Shown here one piece after another: positions 52,947 through 60,791 of a stretch of DNA of 64,000 nucleotides. This DNA is from an uncultured Burkholderiales bacterium (GTDB lineage: Bacteria; Pseudomonadota; Gammaproteobacteria; Burkholderiales; Casimicrobiaceae). Where the stretch lies: NCBI GenBank assembly GCA_937944385.1, contig CALDYQ010000018.1:1832-65831 (forward strand). The letters run 5' to 3'. A program made the position numbers and the translations under genes. The stretch's first letter is position 1, and each line of letters starts with the position of its first letter. The notes below the pieces were generated by a model. The model was given only the letters and a program-made list of their open reading frames with translations. It was not told the DNA's origin and searched no databases.

Positions 52947-54149
52947 TCACTCCATCTTTCTTGCCAGTGGCGGTTTCATTGACCAGGCCGCCACGAACCA
53001 AAGCGCGGCCAGGGCCGCGCAGACGTAGAACACCGCTTCGTTGCCGTAACGCTTGGCCAGTGTACCGCCGACGATGCCACCGGCGAAGAGCCCGAGGGAC
53101 ATCGTGGTGTTGTACACGCCCAAGGCGAAGCCCTTCAGATGCACCGGGGCGATGCGCGACACGAGCGAGGGTTGCATCGCTTCGAGCAGATTGAAGGCAA
53201 CGAAGAAGGCGAGCAGGAAGGCGATGATGCCCTTGAAGGCGAGGGACGACAGTTGCGGCGCCGCAACGAGCGTGAGCACCAGGAGTCCGATGGCGGCGAG
53301 GAAGACCTCCCGCAGCTTTCCGCGTCGCTCGGCCGCGATCATGGGCGGCACCATGAGCGCAAACGACAACAGGATCACCGGCAGATACGCCATCCAGTGT
53401 GATGCCGCGGCGAGGCCCCCGCGCTCGACCAGCAGCGTCGGGACGACGACGAACAGCGCCGTCTGGCAGAGGTGCAACACGAACACGCCGATGTTGAGGC
53501 GCAGGAGTTGTGGGTTGAACAGCACGTCGCCATGCCGTACGGGCTCCGGCGTCTCCTCCCGGAGCACTGCAGCGGGCACGCCCCAGATGACGACCGCGCA
53601 GCCGACCAGCGCGAGCAGCGCCGTGATCCAGAACAGTCCGGCGAGCCCGACGGCGGCTGCGAGCGGCGGCGCGATCACGAGCGAGACGGCGAAGGACAGC
53701 CCGATCGTGGCGCCGACGATGGCCATCGCCTTGGTGCGCACTTCGTCGCGAGTCGAATCGGCCACGAAGGCCGAGACGGCGGCGCTCACGGCGCCTGCGC
53801 CCTGGAGCGCGCGGCCGACGATGACGCCCGTGATCGTCGCCGCTGTCGCGCCCAATGCGGCGATCGCGCTGCCGGCGGCAAAGACGAGCAGCCCGAGCAC
53901 GATCACCGGCTTCCGGCCGAAGCGGTCGGAAGCCGCACCGAGGGGAATCTGGAACATGGCCTGGGTGAGACCATAGACCGAGATGGCGAGCCCGATCAGG
54001 TAGGCCTCCTGGCCGCCTGCGAGCGCGCGACCGTAGATCGCGAACACCGGCAGGATCAGGAACAGGCCGAACATACGCAGGCCGTAGATGCTCGCGAGCC
54101 AGAGGCTCGCGCGGCGCTCGGCCGGGGTCATCGCGTGGGGAGAACTCAT
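52947..54149 (-). CDS. MFS transporter (YajR-like)
   Basis: LRMFGLFLILPV, GAASDRFGRKPV, 12 TM helices; canonical neighbour of ssb. Confidence 0.92.
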   Translation of the reverse strand: MSSPHAMTPAERRASLWLASIYGLRMFGLFLILPVFAIYGRALAGGQEAYLIGLAISVYGLTQAMFQIPLGAASDRFGRKPVIVLGLLVFAAGSAIAALGATAATITGVIVGRALQGAGAVSAAVSAFVADSTRDEVRTKAMAIVGATIGLSFAVSLVIAPPLAAAVGLAGLFWITALLALVGCAVVIWGVPAAVLREETPEPVRHGDVLFNPQLLRLNIGVFVLHLCQTALFVVVPTLLVERGGLAAASHWMAYLPVILLSFALMVPPMIAAERRGKLREVFLAAIGLLVLTLVAAPQLSSLAFKGIIAFLLAFFVAFNLLEAMQPSLVSRIAPVHLKGFALGVYNTTMSLGLFAGGIVGGTLAKRYGNEAVFYVCAALAALWFVAAWSMKPPLARKME

Positions 54150-54277
54150 CGAAGGGAAGCGGGTAGGCAGGACAAAGCGCGGCGCATTGTGTCATTGCCG
54201 CGTGTGCCTTGCTCTGCCCCTGTGCCGCGGCACAAGGGCCGCGGAATATTCGTTGCCCCGTTCGACGCCGCGGCGGA

Positions 54278-57200
54278 CTATTCCGCTGCGACCCGATCCG
54301 CGACCGTCGCCTGGGCGATGCCGATCACCGGCTTCGCGGCATCGAAGGCCGCTTTCAGCCGCGCCTCCTTTTCCTTCGCCGCCTTCACGTGCCGCTCCTT
54401 GACATGCCCGTAGCCGCGGATTTCCTCCGGGATGGAGGCGAGTTCGACGGCGAGCGCATGATTGTGCGGACCGAGCTTGGCGAGCAGCGCCTCGATCAAC
54501 GCGCGGTAGTCGTGCTTCAACTGCTGTTCGAGCTTGCGCTCCGGGTTGAAGCGGAAGATGTCGAGTGCCGTGCCACGCAGTCCCTTGCGTGCAGCGAGGA
54601 AGCGGAAGGCACGCATCATCCACGGTCCGTAGGGGCGCTTGAGGAGTTGGCCGGTCACCGGGTCCTTCTTCGCGAAGAGGGGTGGGGCGAGATGGAAGAC
54701 GAGCTTGTAGTCGCCCTCGAACTCGCGCGCGATCCGGGCCTCGAACTCGCCGTTCGAGTGAAGACGGGCGACTTCGTACTCGTCCTTCACGGCGAGCAGC
54801 TTGAAGTAGTAGCGCGCCACAGCCTCGGTGAGCCCGGTTTTTCCGGGCACCCTGGCCTGCTCGCTTTTGCGTACGAGTTCGACGAAATCGGTATAGATCT
54901 TTGCGTAGGCGGCGTCTTGATAGTCGATGAGGTAGGCGGCACGCCGCGCGATGATTTCCTCGAGCGAGCTCGACAGGCGGGTCGAGAAGCCCGGGTTGTC
55001 GCTCGCAGCGGACACCGGTTTGGGCTCGGCGACGGCGGTCACCGCCTTCAGGTCATGCGCGGCCCGGCGTCCCCACAGGAACGCGTTCTTGTTCATCTCG
55101 ATCGCGGCGCCGTTGAGCTCGATCGCGCGCGAGATCGTCGCTTCCCTGAGCGGAATCAATCCTTTTTGCCAGGCGTAGCCGAGCAGGAAGAGGTTCGTGG
55201 CGATCGAGTCCCCCATCAGGCGGGTGGCCAGGCGGGTCGCGTCGAGCAGATCGACCGCATCCTTGCCGCAGGCCTCGATGATCTCGCGCTCCATGCTGCC
55301 GAGCGGAAACTGCAGATTCGGGTTCTGCGTGAAGCCGGCCGGCATGACGACTGCGCTGTTGACCACGGCGCGTGTGACGCCGACGGCCATCTTTGCGAGC
55401 GAGTCCTCGGCAGTGGTGGTGAGCACGTCGCAGGCCAGCACGAGGTCAGCCTCGCCCGCTGCAACGCGCGTGGCGTGCAGCTGATCTTGCGACGGCGCGA
55501 TGCGCACATGGCTCATCACGCTGCCGTTCTTCTGTGCAAGGCCCGACATGTCGAGGATGGTGAGCCCCTTGCCTTCGAGGAACGCGGCCATGCCGAGCAC
55601 CTGGCCCACGGTGAGCACACCGGTGCCGCCGATGCCCGTGACCAAAATGTTGTACGGGCGATCGACCGTGGGCACGGTCGGGGCTGGAATGGCTGGGAAG
55701 TCGACGTCACCGGCCTTCTTCGGCTTGCGCAGTGCGCCCCCTTCGACCGTGACGAAGCTCGGGCAGAAGCCATTGATACACGAGAAGTCCTTGTTGCAGT
55801 TCGACTGGTCGATGGTCCGCTTGCGGCCGAGCTCGGTCTCGAGGGGCATGACCGAGACGCAGTTTGACTTGACGCCGCAGTCGCCGCAGCCTTCGCACAC
55901 GGCCTCGTTGATCATGACACGCTTGGCCGGGTCGGGGAACTTACCGACCTTGCGCCGCCGGCGCTTCTCGGCAGCGCAGGTCTGGTCGTAGATGATCACG
56001 GTGACCCCGGGCGTCTCGCGATATGCACGCTGAATTTCGTCGAGCTTCGAGCGATGATGCACTGGGACGTTGGGCGGCAGGGGCACGCCGTGATATTTCT
56101 CCGGCTCGTCGGTGACCACGCACATCGTCTGCACGCCTTCGGCACGCATCTGGTTGGCGATCGCGAGCGGCGAGAGCGGTCCGTCGTGGGGCTGGCCCCC
56201 GGTCATCGCGACCGCATCGTTGTAGAGGATCTTGTAGGTGATGTTGACCTTCGCGGCGATCGAGGCCCGCACGGCGAGGATGCCCGAGTGATAGTACGTG
56301 CCATCGCCGAGATTGGCGAAGATGTGCTTTGTCTCGGTGAACGGCGCCTGCCCGATCCAGGGCACGCCTTCGCCGCCCATCTGGGTGAAGGTCTCGGCGC
56401 GGTCCATCCATACTGCCATGTAATGGCAACCGATGCCTGCGACGGCGCGTGAGCCCTCGGGCACGCGGGTCGAGGTGTTGTGTGGACACCCTGAGCAGAA
56501 GTAGGGTTGCCGCTGGATCGGGATCCTGTGCGTCTGGAGTTCACGTTCCTTGTTGTTGATCCACTCCACACGCTGCTTGATGCGGTCGCTCACGTAGAAC
56601 TTGGCGATCCGATCGGCGATCACGCGCGCGATCATGGCCGGCGTGAGTTCGTAGGGCGCCGGCAGCAGCCAGTCGCCATGCGGGCGCACCCATTCGCCCT
56701 TGGTGTCGAACTTGCCGACGATGCGCGGACGCACGTCCTCGCGCCAGTTGTAGAGCTGCTCCTTCAACTGGTACTCGAGGACCTGACGCTTCTCTTCGAC
56801 CACGAGGATCTCTTCCAGCCCTTCGGCAAAGTGCCGCACGCCCTCGGGCTCGAGCGGCCAGACCATGCCGACCTTATAGAGCCGAAGTCCGATCGCGCGC
56901 GCGAGGTCGTCATCGATTCCGAGGTCTTCGAGGGCCTGCCGGGTGTCGAGATAAGCCTTGCCGGCGGCGATGATGCCCAGGCGCGGCCGCGGTGAATCGA
57001 TCACGATCCGGTTCAGCTGGTTGACCCGGGCGTAATGGATCGCCATGTAGATCTTGTAGTCGTGCATGAGCCGCTCCTGCTCGAGCGGCGTGTGCGGCCA
57101 GCGGATGTTGACGCCCCCCTCGGGCAGCGGGAAGTCCGTGGGGACGATCGGCTGGATGCGCTCCGGATCGACGATGACCGCCGCGGTCGACTCCACCGTA

Positions 57201-57859
57201 TCGGTGACCGCTTTCATGCCCACGTAGCATCCGCTGTAGCGACTCATCGCGTAGCCGTGGATGCCGAGATCGAGGTATTCCTGAACGCCTGCGGGGTAGA
57301 GCACCGGGATCACGGCGGAGATGAACTCGTGGTCCGACTGGTGCGGCAGCGTCGAGGACTTGGCGCCGTGATCGTCACCAGCGATCAGGAGCACGCCGCC
57401 GTGCTTGCTGGTGCCCGCGTGGTTGGCGTGCTTGAACACGTCCCCGCAACGATCGACGCCCGGGCCTTTGCCGTACCACATGGCAAACACGCCGTCGTAT
57501 CGGCTGCCTGGATAGAGCGCGTTCTGCTGCGTGCCCCAGACCGCGGTAGCCGCAAGTTCCTCGTTCACTCCCGGAACGAACTTGATATGGTGCGCTTCCA
57601 GATGCTTTCGAATCTTCCAGGCGTTTTGGTCGATCGCACCTAGCGGGGAGCCTCGGTAGCCCGAGAGGAAGCCGGCGGTATTGAGCCCGGCGAGCACATC
57701 TTTCTGCCGCTGCAGCATCAAGAGGCGGAGCAGGGCATGGGCCCCGTTCATGTAGACGCGCCCGGCGGGCAGCGTCCAGCGATCGTCGAGCGTGACCTCG
57801 GCGATCGCCTTGCGGATTGCTTCAGGAAGTTCGGAGGTAGGCAGGGGGGCTTGTGACAC
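54278..57859 (-). CDS. Fused indolepyruvate:ferredoxin oxidoreductase family protein
   Basis: GFLSGYRGSPLG, WYGKGPGVDR, FCSGCPHN, GDGTYYHSG (TPP), CEGCGDC (Fe-S), GLAQKNGSV, KDEYEVARL. GTG 57859 has a GAGGAG RBS. Confidence 0.95.
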   Translation of the reverse strand: MSQAPLPTSELPEAIRKAIAEVTLDDRWTLPAGRVYMNGAHALLRLLMLQRQKDVLAGLNTAGFLSGYRGSPLGAIDQNAWKIRKHLEAHHIKFVPGVNEELAATAVWGTQQNALYPGSRYDGVFAMWYGKGPGVDRCGDVFKHANHAGTSKHGGVLLIAGDDHGAKSSTLPHQSDHEFISAVIPVLYPAGVQEYLDLGIHGYAMSRYSGCYVGMKAVTDTVESTAAVIVDPERIQPIVPTDFPLPEGGVNIRWPHTPLEQERLMHDYKIYMAIHYARVNQLNRIVIDSPRPRLGIIAAGKAYLDTRQALEDLGIDDDLARAIGLRLYKVGMVWPLEPEGVRHFAEGLEEILVVEEKRQVLEYQLKEQLYNWREDVRPRIVGKFDTKGEWVRPHGDWLLPAPYELTPAMIARVIADRIAKFYVSDRIKQRVEWINNKERELQTHRIPIQRQPYFCSGCPHNTSTRVPEGSRAVAGIGCHYMAVWMDRAETFTQMGGEGVPWIGQAPFTETKHIFANLGDGTYYHSGILAVRASIAAKVNITYKILYNDAVAMTGGQPHDGPLSPLAIANQMRAEGVQTMCVVTDEPEKYHGVPLPPNVPVHHRSKLDEIQRAYRETPGVTVIIYDQTCAAEKRRRRKVGKFPDPAKRVMINEAVCEGCGDCGVKSNCVSVMPLETELGRKRTIDQSNCNKDFSCINGFCPSFVTVEGGALRKPKKAGDVDFPAIPAPTVPTVDRPYNILVTGIGGTGVLTVGQVLGMAAFLEGKGLTILDMSGLAQKNGSVMSHVRIAPSQDQLHATRVAAGEADLVLACDVLTTTAEDSLAKMAVGVTRAVVNSAVVMPAGFTQNPNLQFPLGSMEREIIEACGKDAVDLLDATRLATRLMGDSIATNLFLLGYAWQKGLIPLREATISRAIELNGAAIEMNKNAFLWGRRAAHDLKAVTAVAEPKPVSAASDNPGFSTRLSSSLEEIIARRAAYLIDYQDAAYAKIYTDFVELVRKSEQARVPGKTGLTEAVARYYFKLLAVKDEYEVARLHSNGEFEARIAREFEGDYKLVFHLAPPLFAKKDPVTGQLLKRPYGPWMMRAFRFLAARKGLRGTALDIFRFNPERKLEQQLKHDYRALIEALLAKLGPHNHALAVELASIPEEIRGYGHVKERHVKAAKEKEARLKAAFDAAKPVIGIAQATVADRVAAE

Positions 57860-57964
57860 GGTGCGGCTCCTCGTTCGTCGTTGTCGGGTGTCCTCGGGAT
57901 CTCCTAGGCACGCGATGGATTGCACGTCGCTGATTTGGCGAAGTCACGCCAATCAGTACAGATC

Positions 57965-57989
57965 AATAGGTCAATTTTGTTGACCTATT
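57965..57989. promoter_or_regulatory. Perfect inverted repeat, candidate transcription-factor operator
   Basis: AATAGGTCAA-TTTTG-TTGACCTATT, between the divergent IOR and thioesterase genes. Confidence 0.6.
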
Positions 57990-58146
57990 AAACAGCCGCG
58001 ATTCTGTCTGTTTTTCCGGCGTTTGTCTCGTAGGGACGCTCCGGAGTGAGCCCACACCGGCGGCCGAGGCCATGCAGGCTGGAGAATCGTGTTCGACCGC
58101 AGCGACCGGCTTGCGGACGTGCACTCAACCTTCCGTGGGCTTCGAC

Positions 58147-58626
58147 ATGACAAGGATGACCCCAAGCGAATCAGCCCCTGACCGCAGCGCGACTCCGGCG
58201 TTCGCCCATCGGCTGCGCGTGCGCTGGGCCGAGGTCGACCTGCAGCAGGTGGTGTTCTTCGGCAACTACGCCGAGTATTGCGACATCGCGTTCACCGAGT
58301 TCATCCGCGCGCTCGGCCTGCCCGACCCGATTGCGCAGCAGCGCGCCGGGCGGGAGCTGTTCGTGCGCAAGATGCAGGTCGAGTACCACGCCTCGGCGCG
58401 CTTCGATGACTGGCTCGACATCTCCGTGCGCTGCGAGCGCATCGGCCGATCGAGCATGACCATCCGCTTCGGCATCGATCGCGCGGGCGAGCGGCTGGCC
58501 GATGCCGAGTTCGTCTACGTCTACGCGGAACCGGCAACCGGCCGGAGTGTTGACATCCCGGCGGATTGGCGTCACCGCCTGCTTGGGGCATCCGAGCCGA
58601 CGCAGCCGGGTGGCACAGGTCCCTAG
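58147..58626 (+). CDS. YbgC/FadM-family acyl-CoA thioesterase
   Basis: LRVRWAEVDLQQVVFFGNY hot-dog motif, YHASARFDD, IGRSS. Confidence 0.88.
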   Translation: MTRMTPSESAPDRSATPAFAHRLRVRWAEVDLQQVVFFGNYAEYCDIAFTEFIRALGLPDPIAQQRAGRELFVRKMQVEYHASARFDDWLDISVRCERIGRSSMTIRFGIDRAGERLADAEFVYVYAEPATGRSVDIPADWRHRLLGASEPTQPGGTGP

Positions 58627-58663
58627 AATCCACGGTGCTCACCCGCCCCCCCTCGAATCCCCC

Positions 58664-59323
58664 GTGCTCGACGCCATCACGCTCGAACCGCCGCGCCCCG
58701 CCACCTCGGCCATTCTGTGGATGCACGGCCTCGGTGCCGACGCCAATGATTTCGTGCCGATCGTGCCCGAGTTGAGGTTGCCCGAAGACCATGCGATCCG
58801 TTTCGTCTTTCCAAACGCGCCGATGCAGCCCGTCACGATCAACGGCGGCTACCTCATGCGCGCCTGGTACGACATCGTCTCCCCCGACCTCGAGCGACGT
58901 GTCGACGAGCAGGGCGTGCGGGCGAGTCAGCGCGAAATCGAATCGCTCATCGAGGACCAGGTGGCCCGCGGGATCGCAAGCGAGCGCATCCTGCTTGCGG
59001 GCTTTTCGCAGGGCGGCGTGATCGCGCTGCAGACCGCGCTGCGACACCGGGCGCGACTTGCCGGCGTGATGGCGTTGTCGACCTACCTCGCCTGCGCCGA
59101 CTCGTTGGGCGCCGAGGCTGCCACTGCCAATCGCGAGATTCCGATCTTCATGGCCCACGGCACACTCGACCCGGTGGTGCCGCTCGCACTCGGGCGACTG
59201 TCCAAGGCGCGCCTCGAGACCCACGGCTATCGGGTGGAGTGGCACGAGTACGGCATGCCCCATGCGGTCTGCGCCGAGGAAGTCGCCGACATCGGTACGT
59301 TCATCCGACGGGTCTTGCCCTGA
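58664..59323 (+). CDS. Phospholipase/carboxylesterase (EstB/YpfH-like)
   Basis: WMHGLGAD, MRAWYDI, GFSQGG, HGTLDPVVP, MPHAVC. Start set at GTG 58664. Confidence 0.92.
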   Translation: MLDAITLEPPRPATSAILWMHGLGADANDFVPIVPELRLPEDHAIRFVFPNAPMQPVTINGGYLMRAWYDIVSPDLERRVDEQGVRASQREIESLIEDQVARGIASERILLAGFSQGGVIALQTALRHRARLAGVMALSTYLACADSLGAEAATANREIPIFMAHGTLDPVVPLALGRLSKARLETHGYRVEWHEYGMPHAVCAEEVADIGTFIRRVLP

Positions 59324-60255
59324 ACCTGCTCGACGACCTGCTCGCACGCCTCACCCACCGGGATGTGCGGGCGCTCGCCTGGACGATCGGCTCGCCGACC
59401 CTCTTCGAACCCGCACACCCTCGGTGGGATGGCGCGCTTCGAGATGATGCGTGGGCCGCGGCTCAACTCGCGACCCACGCAGAGCGGCTCTTGGCGCTCG
59501 ATCGCGCGCCGGCCCGTCTTGCCGAAGCGCTTGGGGACCCGCGCGAGGCCGTGCCGCTCGGGCACACATTCGAGAAGCTGGTGCTGTCCTGGCAAGGCCT
59601 GCGCCCCGAGGTACGGGCGGCCACGCGCGGGCTGCATGTCCGCCGCGGCGGGCGCACTTTGGGCGAGTTCGATGTCGTGGCGCTCCGGCACGATGGCGTC
59701 ATCGAGACCTTGGAGGTCACGGTCAAGTTCTACCTGAACTTGAACCCCGCGCTCGGCATGGCGGGCGTGCTCGGGCCGCGCGCCTTCGACCGCATGGACG
59801 AGAAGTGGGCCAAGATGACCACCCGACAGCGGCTGCTCGGCACGACGGACGCAGGGCGGGAGGCGATTGCCGCGTGGCTCGCAACCGCCTGCGACGACAT
59901 GCGCCCGGCTGATAGCCTGGTCATCGAGAACCACGCGATCTCGCGCGGCTACGTGTTTCACTCGAATGCGTCATGCACGTATCCAGCCGAGTTGTCGCCC
60001 ACCCATCTGCGCGGGCTCTGGCAGACCGACCGAAGGCGTCTCCCCGCAGGTGATTGGCGTGCGCTCGCCGGGCGGGAGTGGCTCGGTCCGTATCGTGGCC
60101 CACGCGCCGAGAGCGACTGGCCGCTCGATCCGCGCATGCCGAAGATGCTGGCCCGCGGCATGTTTGCTCACGACGGCAGCTGGACGGAGGCCGAGCGCAT
60201 CTTCGTCTTGCGTTCCGATTCGGGGTTGCTGGCGGCGAGCGGGTTGCCCGGGTAA
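59320..60255 (+). CDS. DUF1853-family protein
   Basis: RDVRALAWTIGSP, PLGHTFEKL, RTLGEFDVV, LEVTVKFYL, GYVF. Start uncertain; CTG at 59320 overlaps the upstream stop. Confidence 0.75.
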   Translation: MNLLDDLLARLTHRDVRALAWTIGSPTLFEPAHPRWDGALRDDAWAAAQLATHAERLLALDRAPARLAEALGDPREAVPLGHTFEKLVLSWQGLRPEVRAATRGLHVRRGGRTLGEFDVVALRHDGVIETLEVTVKFYLNLNPALGMAGVLGPRAFDRMDEKWAKMTTRQRLLGTTDAGREAIAAWLATACDDMRPADSLVIENHAISRGYVFHSNASCTYPAELSPTHLRGLWQTDRRRLPAGDWRALAGREWLGPYRGPRAESDWPLDPRMPKMLARGMFAHDGSWTEAERIFVLRSDSGLLAASGLPG

Positions 60256-60717
60256 GTCCAAACCTCGGGGAGAAGACCCGCGCAAGACTCGTCTTCGCGG
60301 CCTCGTTCTGCAAATCCCACAGGGCGTCGAACGCGTAGTTGATCCTCTCGGCGTGGTCGAGCTCAAGGCTAATTGGCCTGAAAGGGGTTCAGAGACGTCG
60401 AACGCGCAGTTGATTCTCTCGGCGTGGTCGAGCGCGTCGCGGCGGTACGGTTGCTGCTGTCTCGCATGATCTCTCGTCGCGGCCGAACCCCTCTGCATCC
60501 TCGCACGCAGGGTACCGTTGGGCTCCGCGAGTGCAACCCAGACGAAGCTGCCGGGCGCGGGATCGCTCTGCATGAAGTCACTGACGGCATTGATTTCGAG
60601 CGGCCTCTCACCGTGTCGGGGGTGGCGCAGACAACGCCGTCCGTTCCTACAGGCCGCACCGATCGTGTGCTCGAAACGGGAAGGCGCCAGCGTGCGACTC
60701 AAGGTGGTGGGGCGCAT
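60256..60717 (-). pseudogene. corA: Degenerate corA-like Mg/Co transporter remnant
   Basis: N-terminal AACRNGRR...INAVSDF...SFVWVALAEP resembles the CorA N-terminus. PYRRDALDHAERIN(Y/C)AFDALWDL resembles the CorA YFRDxxDHxxRI helix. The middle is missing, the frame breaks at a duplication, and no GMN/TM part follows. Confidence 0.6.
60325..60433. repeat. 38-bp direct repeat (36/38 identical) flanking a 33-bp unique insert
   Basis: CGTCGAACGCG(T/C)AGTTGAT(C/T)CTCTCGGCGTGGTCGAGC at 60325-60362 and 60396-60433. Confidence 0.9.
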
Positions 60718-60791
60718 TACGCTCGTTCGAGCTCTCGCCCCTACGGTCTGCGGCCGGGCATCCCGGTGCAGGCCTCGTGCAAAATCGGTCC

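Noticed and set aside
60325-60433. CRISPR mini-array
   Set aside because: Only two copies, no strong internal palindrome, no leader or cas genes in the window, and the repeat translates to a CorA-like peptide on the minus strand.
60467-60488. Third degenerate copy of the 38-bp repeat (18 of 23 positions match its 3' part)
   Set aside because: Partial, needs a gap, irregular spacing (56 vs 71 nt) and GC-rich, so it could be chance. Not counted as a repeat unit.
60709-60736. dif site
   Set aside because: GGGGCGCATTA resembles the XerC arm, but no XerD arm (TTATGTTAAAT) follows.
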